Source: the human T2T-CHM13v2.0 reference genome, Homo sapiens. From it: 64,000 nucleotides of DNA. Below the pieces are notes generated by a model, which saw only the letters and a list, made by a program, of their open reading frames with translations, had not been told where the DNA came from and made no database searches. The stretch lies in assembly GCF_009914755.1 (NCBI RefSeq), contig NC_060925.1; one strand, written 5' to 3'. The position numbers were made by a program, and so were the translations under genes. How positions within the stretch are numbered: the first letter of the stretch is position 1; each line of letters starts with the position of its first letter. Below, piece after piece: positions 44,115 to 59,125 of this stretch.

Positions 44115-45431
44115 CTGTAATGGAATTTGAAGAGAAGTAAATAATAGTTCTTGTCATAAAGGAGTTTATAGTCCAGTGAAAGAAATGGGTGCATAAATAA
44201 TAGCATCACTAAGGAAGAGCAGAGACGGAGCCTTGGGGGCTAGATTGGCCAGTGGGGTTCACAGGCGTAGGAACTGGACTAGGATGTTTTTCACCAGAGA
44301 CCATGGGTGTGATTTTATACCAAAAGCCGGAAGTATAGGACAGATGAGGCATTATTGTGGAAAATCATATAGAAATCTAAAACCAATGAAGCTAAAGTGG
44401 CCAGAAATTGGAAATAAAGGGGTGGGGAACAAAGGATAGGAGACCTGGAGCTGGGAACAGTGAAGAGGGGGCTGGAGCTCCTGCCTAAAAGAGCTGGTGT
44501 TCACAGCTTTTGGGGGCCACCAGGAAAAAGTATGTGGGTCAGCTGGACTTGAGGGATCAGGGATAGAGTGACAAGGGATCAGGGATAGAGTGACAAGAGG
44601 AAAGAGATTTAAGGGATGCTTACGAAGCAATTGGATAGCAGGCATGAAAGAGAAGGAGGCACTCAAGATAATCCTGAGGTTCTAGCTGAAGGCTGCCCGG
44701 GAGATCATGACGATCACATAAACTGTTACAGAAGCAAGCTTGAGGGGGAAGGGGATGAGTCCATTTGGGTCATGTTTATTAAAGGTTTTCAAGGGACATC
44801 CAGGTAGACTCACTGCTTGATAGGTAGTTGGAAATACAGTTTCTGCACCCCTAAGGTTTAAGTCAAGACTGGAAATCTGCCTCTGGGAGTTGTCAGCCAG
44901 GGGAAGCAAACGATGTTTGCTCAGAGAAAGTGAAGAGCTGGTCCCAAGACTGAAACTCAGAGATCATCACATCCCAAGAGCAGGCATGAGCACAGGAGCC
45001 ATCCCGGTGCTGGCAGAAGCTGAGCCGGAACAATGGCGGAACACTGAACCGTAGCAATGTGGAGGATGGGAAAGTAGGGACAGTGAATGCAGCCTTTTTA
45101 TAAAATGAAGATTGGTGCCAAAGGGAAGGGGTGAAGTGGAGCAGTAGTTTGAGAGGAAGGCAGAGTTGCTGACACATTTTTGAGAATCATCAGGGTCTAG
45201 TCATGTTTGTAGGACATGGAAAAGGGGCGCCAGATGAGGAGACAGGATTGAGGGCTGAAGATAGAGCTGCGCTCACAGAGGGCTGGAGGTCTCAAAGGAG
45301 GGGCAGGGAGGAGTCAGGTGGCAAGGTAGCCTCTAAAGAGCTTCCACCCTTCTGTCTCTAAGGTGAAAGATGGATAGAAGCTGGGTGAAGTGGTGGAGCT
45401 ACCAGGCAACAAAACACAACCCTGCTCTTGG

Positions 45432-45434
<3 letters not shown>

Positions 45435-45468
<34 letters not shown>
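45435..45468. repeat. (TG)n
   Basis: Direct observation. Confidence 0.95.
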
Positions 45469-45472
<4 letters not shown>

Positions 45473-45662
45473 CGCACATATGCGTGTATGTAATGCAAAC
45501 CATGCTATCTTGCACTTAGGGGTCAGTCTCTCTACGTGTTTCGACCATGGCCATTTCCTCTCCCTTAGACAGCAATCTCATTGAAGGCACGAACTGTGGC
45601 TTCAGCTTCTTTTGTCGTCCCAATAGCACAAAGTGCAAGAATTGAGTGAGTCGTGGATGCAC

Positions 45663-45896
45663 CTGACCCTGATCATCATTGATTGCCTTCTGTCTCTCAG
45701 ATGACCTAGGTAAGTCTTTAAGAAGCATGGAGTATCAGGACTCATCATCTTTTGAGAGCTGGGCTCTGCCTTTGAAAGTTATTTGTATCATCCTGGCACA
45801 TCTTGCAAGCGTTAATTTAATAGGAAGAAGTTGGGGAGAGAAACCCAACATAGAGTTGAAACCTAACAATAGTCACTTGGTGGAAAGAGAGGATAT
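45663..45896 (-). pseudogene. E2, N-terminal part of DUF3715 copy 1
   Basis: Acceptor ttgctttttttaa| (AG>AA), donor CAG|gtgcat; 78 codons with 2 TGA: ...LLPIKLTLARCARM...LLKDLPRSSERQKAINDDQGQ. Confidence 0.55.
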
Positions 45897-46129
45897 TTAA
45901 AAAAAGCAAAGACAGTTTTCTTTCCTCTAAGTTGCTATCTCCGTTAGAGTCAGATTGAGCTGGAAGGTCCCAAGATAGTAATTTGATACATTTGCTGTTT
46001 TAGCTTCCTTCTAGGTCTCTTTATCAGACACAACAGGGCACCCAATACACTCCCCATAAACATGGGATAAAGCAAGCTTGAGAGTCATCACTAACCAAGC
46101 AAAGGGCAGCATGGTGTGGGCTTCATTAC

Positions 46130-46192
46130 CAGGTTCAGTAGGCTTTTGCCTATAATCCCAGTTAGATGTTTGACATGGACCTGGTAGGACAT
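46130..46192 (-). pseudogene. Candidate first coding exon (E1)
   Basis: gaaATG MSYQVHVKHLTGIIGKSLLNL|gtaatg; 21 codons, phase 0 matches E2. Confidence 0.3.
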
Positions 46193-47273
46193 TTCCTCTG
46201 TGTCACCCCTTGTCCTCAGCTCTGCTCTTCCTGGACACTCACAGCATTTTAAGTTCACCCTCACCATGTTAAGCACTTGATTATAGTTCATTTAGCACTT
46301 TCATGGTGCTTCCTATGGCATAGTACAGTTATTGATGCTCACACATATCTTATCTCCTTCTCAAATCAAACCCTAAGTTCATGGAGAGTGAGGTCCATGA
46401 CTGGTTCATCTTTATATTCCCATTATACTGAACAGATTAGACATTGAATAAATATTTTTTCTTGAATTATTAATGATTCACTGTTTCATGTGTTATTAGA
46501 CTTCCTTGAACCACAGCTTTCTTATCTATCAGATGAGGAAGCTGAACTAGATTCTACAAAGTCCTCCTCACTGAAACTTGCGAGTATTTTATGATTCTCC
46601 TTCCTGTGCTGACTTCACGTACACTAGAGGCTCATTCGTAAGTGTGAAGCAATGTCTTTAGCCCTCTGTTAGGATATAGGCATTTAAAATTTAAAATCTA
46701 GATGGGGAGACAGGAATAACTCACATGAAAATAGCCCAAAATATGACAAGTTATGTACACTGAAGTCTGAATTGTGTGATAGACCCTAGAGATGACAGCA
46801 CAAGAAGAAAACTGATGCCAGATGTGTAAGTTTGGGTGGTAAACCTTCAGGAAGCCTCTGTTATCACTCAAAACACCCTGGAAAGAACATCATTTTAAAT
46901 GGTATCTAATACAATTTAGCTAATTGGTATTGAGGGAAAAGAAGAGGGAGGAATCAGAGATCTAATTTCTTCCTCAACAGTGAGTAGAAATAGGACTGTT
47001 GTGTTTTGTTGGGGGAATGGAAAAGGGTTGACCTGGAGAGAGTCAGGGAATGCAGTTGGGTGTCTTGGAGGTCGTGAATAGCCTGAATTGCAAGAAAATA
47101 CTGGGCCCTTGTGGGGACACAAAAAGGGCCAGGCATGGGGGAGAAAAGGAGAGTGAGAGGGTACTACTGAGGGCAAACTTCTGCCTGGCTCTGCTAAGGA
47201 GAAGCCTCATGGACAAGGCTGGAAAGAGAATGAGGAGTACTGATTTGCAATGTGGAGCAATGAAGCGGGCTAG

Positions 47274-47600
<327 letters not shown>

Positions 47601-48950
47601 AAGATGTGTAAGCACTTTCTGTGCCACAGGTCAATGAAATGAGCATATGGATATAGAAGGGGTAAGGGAGTCCATTTCCCTCCACCAGCAGAGTCAAAGG
47701 CTTCTATCCCCTCCTTCCTACATATGCTTCCCAAGAGTGGACTTGAGTAAGCCCCAAGGAAAGCATTTTAGGGTAGGGTGATTATGTGCCCCATGGCTTC
47801 CCGGCCCTGGGAATCTGAGTGAGTGTTCACTTCCATGTCAGTTTAATCACATCCAAACCCCTTCTGGAGCTTTAAAAGGGAGATTCAACTGGGGTAACCC
47901 CAAGAGGAAGCCCCAAGAGAGCCTATGAGAGGGCAAGAGTCTTCTTTATTAGCAGGAGGATCTTCTCTTGGGGCCTTTTTCTCTTCATTATCAGGAAGCA
48001 CTAGTTTCATTTTTCCCAAACCTGAGAGATTTAAAATAGGAATGCATGAGGCCACTTTCTAGGTTTTGCAGAGCTCAAACCTCAATACTTGTCAACACTG
48101 GTAGTGTGAACAGTGGTGCCAGGGACTCAGTTGTTAGCATCATGAGACCTCCTCAGGCCCCTGAGCTAAGCCCACTACCTCAGACCCCCCGCTCTACAAT
48201 CTGGGTTCTTGGGAGCATTTCTTCCTGGGGTGTGTGTGTTTTAATAGTCCATTTGAAGTGCCCTTTTCATTCCTCGCAATCTCCCCTTGCTGGCAATCAT
48301 TCCCCAGTAACAGCATAGGAAGGAAGGGCAAAAACCGTGAGGCCATGAGCTCCTTACCGGGGCCCAGGATGCAGGTTTGCAGGAGGCTCAAAACCCTGTT
48401 CCAACCCCACAGGGTGGCTCTTGCCCTAGGAAAGGAAAAGACTCAGGGACAGAGGGAAACCCCAGAGGTAAACCAGTAACTTTCCCTTCAGCTCAGTCTG
48501 CTCTCTCCTGCTCTGCCTATGGCCAGTGATCATTTCCTTAAGTCACTTGCAACATTAAGGAACTGCCCTTGAATCTTGGCCTAGGGCTTGCATTGGGTTC
48601 GGTCCCACTTCAGAGGTTCAGTTTGAAGTGCTCAAGTATTGAAAGCTTCCTCTTTGCAGTTCATTCCAATCATGAGTCAAGTTCTCTTCAATCCTGCAAA
48701 TATTTAGATTTGGGGCCAGGCCAAAATATATATGTCAAAATCACAAAGGCTAATAGTTTCAATGGACTTGCAGTGCAATGAAGGAAACATGCTCATTAAA
48801 ATGGCAATACCTAATAATTAATACTTCATTAATTTATTCAACAAATATTCTGCTGCAACACAGGTGGTCTCTGTCTCACAAAGCTCACACTCTAGCTAGG
48901 AGGTGGTCATAACTGAAGTCAACAAAGAAAGACAGAGAACAATGACTAAA

Positions 48951-49677
48951 TGCTGTGGTCTGAATTTTTGTGTCCCCCCAAAATTCATATGTTGAAATTC
49001 TCACCTGCAAGGTGATGTGTATTAGTCCGTTTTCACACTGCTGATAAAGACATACTTGAGACTGGGCAACTTACAAAAGAAAGAGGTTTAATGGACTCAC
49101 AGTTCCACATGGCTGGGGAGGCCTCATAATCACGGTGGAAGGTGAAAGACACTTCTCACATGGCAGTGGACAAGAGAAGAGAACTTGTGCGGGAAACTCC
49201 CCTTTATAAAACCATCAGATCTCGTGAGACTTATTCACTATCACGAGAACAGCACTAGAAAGACCCACCCCCATGATTCAATTACCTCCTACCTGGTCCC
49301 TCCCATGACACATGGGAATTGTGGGGGCTATAATTCAGGAAGAGATTTGGGTGGGGACACAGCAAAAACCATATGGTCATGGTATTAGAAGGTGGGGCTT
49401 TAGGAGGTGATTAGGTCATGAATGTGGAGCCTTCTTGAATGGGATTAGCACCCTTATAAAAGGGACCCAGAGAACTCCCTCACCCCTTCTATCATGTGAC
49501 AATGAAGTGAGAAGGCACCACCTATGAACCAGGAAGTGGGTCTTCACCAGACGTTAGATTAGCCAGTACATTTACCTTGGACTTCCCAGCCTGCAGAACA
49601 GTGAGAAATACATCTCTGTTGTTTACAAGCTGCCCCCTCTATGTGTTTTGTTATAGCAGCATATATGGACTTAGACT
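48951..49677. mobile_element. MLT1A-type LTR with a nested THE1 LTR (about 49017-49373)
   Basis: tgctgtggtctgaat...ggtgatg, then THE1, then gtattagaaggtgggg...ttatagcagc. Confidence 0.8.
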
Positions 49678-50593
49678 AGCCTTGTTATAATGAGACAATG
49701 GTGAGAACCTCTTTTGGAGAGGAAGGTGTGGAAGGCCTGTCTGAGGAGACGACATTTAAGCAGAGATCTGGAAGATACACAGTGAGAATTCCAGGGAAAG
49801 AGAGGAGGGAATCATTTGTGCAAAGGACCTGAGGCAAGAGGAAAGACCTGAGGCAGTTCCAGGAAGTGCCAGGAGGCCGATGGTGCTAGAAGGAAGAGGA
49901 GCATGGTGAGAGTGAGGTCAGAGATGAGCCAGTAGGGCAGGCATGTGGCCACCAAAGAATGTGAACTCATTCTAAACTCGTTGGGACGTGAACTGGTGAC
50001 GTGCCTGGAGCTAAGATGGCTCTGGCCCTGTGTGGAGAATGGGTTGAAGGAACACAGACGCAGCAGCAGAACCGGTGAGTTTTGCCTCAGGGAAATTCAC
50101 ATTCAAGGGGACAATCATCTCAGTCTGAAGGGTACCCGGGAGTTTGACAGGTGAAGAGACCTCTTTCAGGCAGAGGGAACAAAATAAGCCACAGTAAGTA
50201 TGCTTGGACCTGCATAGAAGTAGAAGGAAGATGAGGGGTGACTGAAAGGAAGAGCAGTCAAAGATGAGGCGGGGAAGCAAGCCGACTGGGTGTCAGGAGC
50301 AGGCTCAGGGACTTGGGCTTGGCCGGTGAGCAGTCAAGGTGCACAGAGCTGTTCCTGGGTAGCGCCTCTCATGGTGCCGCTGACTCCACCGGGGTGACCG
50401 CTGTGCCCGGGGCTGCTGGTCAGGATGCAAAAGCACTTTAGAGTGAAGGTCACCTCAGGCAACAGGCAAAACAGACGGGGCTGAAGTGAGCGCCTTTCGC
50501 CACTTGAGCCCTGAAGTGTCCCAGTGCCCTGCACAGTTGCTAGGAGACACCCATGCAAGCAGGGGCTCAGGAGGGGGTACAGGAGGCACCAGG

Positions 50594-50714
50594 CTCAGGC
50601 CTCCCTCAGGCTCCAGTACTTCCTTCTCTGCAAAGCCTCTTTGCCAGCCTCAGGCCTCCCTCAGGCTCCAGTACTTCCTTCTCTGCAAAGCCTCTTTGCC
50701 AGCCTCAGGCCTCC
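50594..50714. repeat. 55-bp perfect tandem duplication plus a partial third copy
   Basis: 50594-50648 is identical to 50649-50703. Confidence 0.95.
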
Positions 50715-52563
50715 AGGGCCTTCTCTGAGCAACTGTTGCTCAGAGAGAATTCAGTTTTGCTCTTATTACCAGCCACCCGGCATGCGGATCTTGCTAGTCA
50801 CCACTGTCCTCAGATACTGGGCTCAGGCTGGGCCTACACTGGGACGTGGAGCCTGCCCTGCCCAGCCCCACCCCAGCCATCTGTTGGCCTCAGATGATTT
50901 GTGTGATGGTGACAGTCAGCCCCAGGGAGTCTTGTCCAGGGCCAGGGGAAATGCAGGGCACCACAGGTTCTGCTCCAGGACAGGCCTGTGCTGAGGGTCT
51001 GGGCAGAGGTAGAAGCAACTGCTTTCTAGAAGGCATAAGCGCTCAGCTCAGTATGACCCATAAAGCTGGGATGAGGAACAGCCTCTCATATCTAAGCCAG
51101 ACACAGCACTGCTCCAGGCCAGTGCCTCAAGGAAGGATGGCCATTGGGCCCCTCCAAGAGGCAGTTTTGAGGAGCCCTGGGTGGGGATCCCCACTCTTCA
51201 CATACAATAGCATTCATTTGGAGGGCACCAGATACAGGAACAGTGGTGGAGATTTCATGAACAAGCGGCGTCAACAAGGGGCTGCAGGAGAGAGGTGTGT
51301 GAACACATATGAACCACCTGCTGGAAGCTCCCAGAATCATATGGGCGGGGCAGTGGGGGAGGGGAGGACTCAGTGGGATGCCATAGGTCCTGGGTCAGTC
51401 AACAGGAGCAAGGGTGCTACAGCTATTACCATCACTGTGAGACCTTGGACGAGCTAAGTAAAATGTGCTCCTCTAGAGTTCAGGGACCCCTCACCTTGTA
51501 CCGACGGCAATGTCACCTCTAAGATGTCCCAGAATAGCTCCAATTCCAATATCACATGCATGAGTGTTCCTATATGTATGTTCATTTGTTAGACACCATT
51601 TTTCATTCATTGGATTAAAAATTGTTTACTATACCTCCTTCTATTTTATTTATTAATTTCGCTCACTTATATAGCACAATGTCTTGCACAGAAAAGACAT
51701 TGAATACATATCTGCTAAGTGATTGACTAATGGAATCATAGAAATACCTTTCAGATGAATGATGGAAGGTTTGTTTTTTAAAAGCAACTTGGCACATTGC
51801 ATTTGGTTCATAGTCACCTAGCAGCCTCAGCTCAGCTGTAGAGTGAGTGAGAGAGCTGTGTTTGACAAAGGGTGAGATGCCGTCGCATAGCTTGAAATCC
51901 AGTCCACACAGAGCCAGTCTTTGGAGTGCGTCCCCGAAGCCAGGCCATAGCACAGCCAATACACTGGGCACACACAAAGCACAGGCCCAGCTTCATAGAT
52001 TTTTCTCTTTCAATTTCCAAGGCTGATTTAAAGACTGACTCTAGTGAATCAGGGTCATGGTGAAAGACTAGGGAAAGAATGAAGTCGAGATAATCCATTT
52101 TTAGCAGTCAATGTCAAAGTTTTATCCCTTTGGCTGGGTCTGGTTTAATCAATAGTTAAGAATTTGGTTAACTGCTAATGAGTAATTTATATGTTTTTGT
52201 AAGAAATGTATGAGAGAAATAGAAATGGAAAGAGTGGCTCTGGAAGGTTAAAGACAATAAACTTCCTGATAAGGCTGAAGAATCTTTCCTTGGACTCCAG
52301 TTCAGTTAATGGCATCTCCCTCCACTCAGTTATTAAATTGGAATCTGTGAGTCATCCTGGACCATCCTCCTCCTCCTTCTTCCCCCAATCTCGTTGTTCA
52401 TCAAATTCTACTGATTTTCCCACGTATTTACCTAATCTCTCTCCTCCTCTCTGTAATACTGAGGAAATGGCAGTACCTACTTCATAAGGTGGTGGTGAGA
52501 GTGAAATGCTAAGGCAATAAAGTGTCAAGCACAGTGAACAGCACCACCAATAAATGTTACTGA

Positions 52564-52867
<304 letters not shown>

Positions 52868-53017
52868 TAAGAAAGACTCTAATCTACTATCAGGAGCTCA
52901 AAACAGTCATGATTTATGTTAGAAAGATAAGAAAAGGTAAACATTTCTTAACCTTTGATGTTGTAAACAGATACAGTACCTATACCTTGCTGTTGTGATC
53001 AAAATTAAAATCCACTA

Positions 53018-53314
53018 GACTGGGCGTGGTGGCTCATGCCTGTAATCCCAGCACTTTGGGAGGCTGAGGCAGGTGGATCACGAGGTCAAGAGATCGAGAC
53101 CAGCCAGGCCAACATGGTGAAACCCCGTCTCTACTAAAAATACAAAAATCAGCTGGGTGTGGTGGCACGTGCCTGTACTCCCAGCTACTTGGGAGGCTGA
53201 GGCAGGAGAATTGCTTGAACCCGGAGGGACGGAGGTTACAGTGAGCCAAGATCACACCAGTGCACTCCAGCCTGGGCAGCTGAGTGAGACTCCGTCTCAA
53301 AAAACAAAAAAAAA
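53018..53314 (+). mobile_element. AluSc-like
   Basis: Alu consensus; TSD aaaatccacta. Confidence 0.9.
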
Positions 53315-54065
53315 AATCCACTAAAAAATCATTAAATTTTGAGTCATTTGTTAGTCTATATGCATTTTCTGATTCAATGGTTCTTAAAGTACCATGACAA
53401 CTACTACTACTACTACAAGACGGTCTGAAATAATTTTGTTTTTTCTTATTAAATATAGGTCCTCATCCTTGAACCAGGTGAGAACTTCTAGCTTACTGGG
53501 TAAAGTCCAATTAACGTGGTGCAGAATTCCATCCATGGCAGGGCTCCTGCTGTCTCCAGCCTCATCTCCAGGCACACCCTGCACCCTTGAGAAGACAATG
53601 CTTCCGTGTCCACCAATTCATTCCTTCCAGACACATCCCAGTGGTGTCTAGCTCAGGTCTCAGCTCCTGGAAAGGGACAAGGACGCCCCAGAGTCTGCTT
53701 TTTTGACACTTACCTTCTAGTCCCCCTGAAAAATCATGCTGCATCACGCCTGCACATTGTCCTTTCTGCGGAAATGTCCTGTCTCCCCATCTCTATCTGC
53801 CAAAGACCCACGCATAATGCAAACAATTCAGGTTTCACCCTTTGCAGTGAACTTTGTACAGCTCTCCCAGGTAAGTGGGCTCCCTGTACTGGTTCCTTGC
53901 CCATGCCTCTCTCGTGTCACTCCCCAGCTGGTAGGGCAATAGTCCTTGATCTGTCAGAACTCCTGGTTGAAGTGTAGGTATCACCTACACACAGTAAGGC
54001 TCCTTAGTGTTATGAAAACCCACTCATATGCTGGCACAGAACTCTCTCTTCCCCCAGCAATTGAT

Positions 54066-54242
54066 CCAGCAATTCTCAATCCAGGCTGCACACTAAAGTC
54101 ATCTGGGGAGCTTTTTAAAAAGCACCACTGCCAGGTTTCCTCCCCAGATAATCCAGTTTAATGGGTCTTGGGTGGGGCCCAAGCATAGGTATTATTTACA
54201 GGTTCCCTAAGTGAGGCTACTGGACAGCAGGAGTTGAGAAAA
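54066..54242. mobile_element. MER5-like (hAT-Charlie)
   Basis: ttctcaatccaggctgcacact..catctggggagctttt...gagttgagaa. Confidence 0.7.
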
Positions 54243-54374
54243 ACTCATACAGAGGTACAAAAATAAAGGCTGGATGATGCGGCCCTTCAGGAAGCTCCTG
54301 CACATCTCACCGGCATATCGAGGGCATGAACTAGGTCATGGGGACAAGGCAGAATCTCACAGGCACCTCCCTGA

Positions 54375-54757
54375 TGAAAGTGGCGCGAAGCACTGCCTTG
54401 CAGCGTCGCTCTGGGGCCTGTCGTTTGCCTGGGTCTAGCTTAGCAAGGGCAATGGCAAGAAGGGGTTTGGGAGTTAACAGACTGTTTCATTCCAAGGGTC
54501 AAGAGTTGGTGGTTGGTAGCAGTGAGTGGGTCTATATTAGCCTCCTTGCTGGAAGGAGGGCCGGTAACGTTGTCCCCATATTTGCCATCTGAGCGGACAC
54601 TTCTGGAATATTCCAAGATGTGCCAATCCTTGGCCCTTGGAATTAATAGTCTCCTGACTCCCAAACCCCTTCTTGCCATTGCCCTTGCTAAGCTAGAACC
54701 AGGCAAAAGACAAACCCCAGAGCAACAGTGCGAGGCGGTGCTCCACGCTCCATCTCA
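54375..54757. repeat. Long inverted repeat (about 135-bp arms, about 110-nt spacer)
   Basis: 54434-54474 is the exact reverse complement of 54657-54697 (41 bp); the flanks also align. Confidence 0.95.
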
Positions 54758-56794
54758 GAGCAGAGCAACCTTAGGACCCCATTTCAGAATCCCCTCAATG
54801 AAGTGTATGGTGGAAGGGCCTGATTCGTGTCATGAGAGGTAACAACACCACTACCAACATCCTGCTTCTCGTCCCCCAGCCCCTGCAAGGGTGCAGTGTG
54901 GCTACAGGGGGTGTCTCTGCAGTGATTCCTCCCTTTACAGGGAATGAGTCAGGTCCTCTGAAGAAAAGGTGTAAAAAGAAAAAAGAGTGTGTTGTCAATA
55001 CTTCAAAGCCTCAGCCAGCATCATCTGATCTAGGAAAGGTGTGATGGGGTAGGATAATCGATCGCTGCTTAATTTCCACTGGTTTCTGCATGGTGCAGAC
55101 CAGGAAATTAGACATTGGGCCTTCCCAGCAGGTCAAGAAACCCATGTCAGATACAGCAAAATCAGCCTCTGTGGCCAGGGGACAGAGGCGTGTGGCGTCT
55201 ACAAGAAACAAAGAACACAAAGGTTTCCAAGACCATACTCTGAAATCTCTGCTCCTTAGAACAGACTCTAAGCTACTACAGAAAAACCACAAGGAAGTTT
55301 TCCATCTGCCTTTTTCCCCTAGTATCTTCTCCCTATCTCAAAAACAAAAAAACAAAACAAAACAAAACTTTAAAAATCCATGAAGCATTAGCTATTTTTA
55401 GAAATTTTAACTTTTCTATTATCTAACCTACATATTTCCTGAGCATTTTAAGTCCATTTTAATTTTGTGTACTATTTAATGGTAAATCGTGGTATATATC
55501 CTCAACATAATACTTCATATCCTTGCAGTCCGATTATTCAGTCAGCCTTCACTTCTTCAGATTAAACAATATAACTTCAATTTGCATATGTTCTCCAGGT
55601 TATTGCAAAATAAACCTGTTTCAGTGCATTTGAAGTATAGAACAGTGATCATTTTAAATCACACTCAATTGCCCAGCTTTTCATTTGAATAAAATTCAGG
55701 TACCGTTTAGTTCACAAAGATAATTTTACTTCAAGATTTACAGTCGTGCCTCTCATCTAAAGCAATCTTCCTCACCCTCTCCCCGGCACTATTTCTCACC
55801 AGCCCTCAAACCCACAAGGCCTCATTCAAAAATGATGAATCAAGAAGAAAATATAATGTAAATAGCTGCTGTATTAGAAAAATGCACTGGGAATCTTTGA
55901 AAGCCAGGGAGAATATATTAATATTCTATATTTCTTTTATCATACCAAAAAAAAAAAAAAAAGGCAGGCTATGCCTTAGAGCAAGGCTGCAACAGTGTGT
56001 CCCATGTAGGAAAGATATTTGCAAGGTCGTCTGGCCTAAATGCTCACCATTAACCAAAGCAGGAGCTCTGGGAAGCTCCTGGGAAGTCCAGCCATGTGGG
56101 GCCACCAAAACATAATGGAAAATGCCCACCACACACTACACGCTTCTTCATTACATTGGCTCAATACTGAGCATGACCGCACAGGACAGCACTCTTGCAT
56201 GACACTAAGGTTTTGTAGGTGACCTGCCACCTGTTAGATTTCCACTTCCTTTGTTCTCCTACAGTGAGGTCTTTGTCCTGAGTTGAGGGGAGGACAGATT
56301 TTGGTGGGAAGATGATCTGAGTTTAAAGGGGCTCTGAGAGATCCACATGCAGCTGTCTAGTAGGTTAATGGGAATACCCATCCAACACTCTGGAAAGAGG
56401 TCTTTGCTGGAGATGGAAATCTAGGGTCCTTCACATTGGCATGGTTGTTGGAACCACGGCTGGGTCAGAGTTGTTGAGGAGCACAGACCTCTGAAGGGGG
56501 AAGAACAAGGAACCTTGGGAGCACCGATAATTGCTGGATACACGAGCTCTGCGACAGGAAGGCAAGCATAAGGCTGTCATGCCATAAAAACTAAGGCAAG
56601 AGAGAGTTTCCATGCGAGGGAGGGGTCACACGAACTGAATACAGTCCAAAGGACTGTAGGCAGTGGATGATACTATTTAGGAGGTCTAAATATAGCTCTA
56701 GTAATCTCAGCAAGAATAAGTTACAATGAAACAATTACGGGTAAGGGAGAAGCTAGCTAGATTTCACTGGACTAAAAAGGAGTAAGAAAGGAGT

Positions 56795-57130
<336 letters not shown>

Positions 57131-59086
57131 CTACATAGAATGGAAAGAGCAGGGAGGGCCGTGTGGACACTTAGCTCCTCTGTCTGCAGGTTGTACAACT
57201 TCAATCGTCCAGCAGGCCCGTGAGCACCTTCGGTGTGACAGTCTGTTCAGCACTGGGGCTATAAAGATAAACAAGACAAAGTCCATGTGCTCAAAGAGCT
57301 CTCCGTCTGTGATCCCAGAGAGACATCTGGACAGAGATGTCAAAATACAAAACAATAAATTCTGGACAGAGCAGTGTTTAGCATGAATCGTGATCTGGAG
57401 GACAAAGACACAGTCCTTGCTGTCACGGAGCTCACCATTGAGGGATGCCCACAGGCAGCTGAAATACAGCGGAAGTGATAAATCTTTAACAGAGGGTGTT
57501 TTACTCGGGGCACCCAGAAAAAAATGAAATTTTAACTGCAGATTCAGGAAGTTATCCATGAAAAGGCGGCAGTTGATTCCAAACTCCAACAATGCGCTGT
57601 CAAGGCTCATGGGCTGGCTGAGACCGTCACTTCAGGCAGAGGATGTAGCGTTCTGAGGGGAAGAAAAAGTTTTAAAAAGAAACTTCCAGAGACACTGTCT
57701 TGATGCAAGGAGTAAACATAAAGTACAAATCTGGAACACAGCGTCAGACTTATTAGGAAAGTTACTTGGATCAGGGCCTCTGAAATCACCCAGACCCGAG
57801 CTCCGTAACTGCTCTGGTATAGAGCTGGGCTCTGTGCTATGGAGACAGTACTGACATTTCATCTTCCCGAGGCACGTCCCCTGGCTCCGTGATGTGGCCG
57901 TACAACAAGCCTGCCCTTTGTTACGGTGTGTGCACACATGTAAGTGCTCTCGACAAATCTGTGTTCCTGCCTCTCCTCCAGTGCTTCTCAGGCAACGACG
58001 TTACCCTTGGCCTCAAGGAAAAAAAACAGACACCGTTGGTTGGAGATTACTGAGTAAACCTACAATGTCCTCATGCTTAAGGCCCCGTCTGTGATTCCAC
58101 CATGAAGGTCACATATCCTCTCTCCTAAAAAGACCTCATGTCTCCATTTAAGTATTTGTTTGGGAAAATGCTGTATTGTATTGAAATTATTGTATAAAGA
58201 TAGGGCCTTGGTACAAAATCTAGGAATGTGAGGTTTAAACACAGTTGGATAAATTTTTAAAAATCACATTGCAACTTTTAATTAAGGCGAGGGAGCTTAA
58301 TTTAAACAAATAAATGATTAGTGTTGACTACCAGAGTATAAACAAGACTGTAGTTTTAAAATGTAATCAGCGTTCTCCCCATTTTCAGACATTATCCTGG
58401 TCTGAATTCCTCGCCCTGTCCTCTCTTTGCAACACGAGGCACAGTGAGCTGTGGTCTGGACTGTTTTTGCAGCCCCTCTTTGGCGACAACAGGGTAGAAC
58501 CCACAGCCATCAAATCAGCCTCTAGGTTGGCCCAAAACATCACAGTGGCCTGGACATGATGGAGTATTTCCAGGCACATAGAAACTTGGCCTTTATTCTT
58601 CCGGGTTGTAAATCTGGCACCTCTCAGGATCAGTAAATAAGCTTTTTTAAAAGCCCAAACAAACCATAAGGAAATCCTGCATTCTGAAACAAAAGGTATG
58701 AAAGCTAAGTCAAGACCCACACTGCCATTGTGTCACTTGCCAGGATGTGAGCTGCTGCCTTGGGAGAAAGATAACATGAAAGAGGCTATAATTGCAGGGC
58801 TGAGACTCCAGGTCCCATGAAAACAGGATAAAAAATAGCAAGCAAGAAGTGTTCCCTGAGCTTTCAGCTGGGCTAGGGTGGGGAAAAAAATCAAAAGAGC
58901 AACACTCTCCTGAAGTTGTTCAAGAAACGGAGACACAGGGGGAGGAGAATGAGAAAGAACACCAAGGCCAAGTTAACGTGTTTAGGAAAAATATGGGGGC
59001 AGGAGAGAAAAAAAAAAAAGGCGGAATGATTTAATGCCAGCCAAAGTAACTAAGGGGAAGAAGGTGTGTTTTTATAAACATGTTTG

Positions 59087-59090
<4 letters not shown>

Positions 59091-59124
<34 letters not shown>
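59091..59124. repeat. (TG)n
   Basis: Direct observation. Confidence 0.95.

Positions 59125-59125
<1 letters not shown>

Noticed and set aside
44552-44597. 22-bp tandem duplication
   Set aside because: Ordinary slippage; no spacer structure, so not CRISPR-like.
50524-51457. 156-aa and 203-aa + strand ORFs
   Set aside because: GC-rich chance ORFs, partly produced by the 55-bp duplication; no splice structure or recognisable domain.
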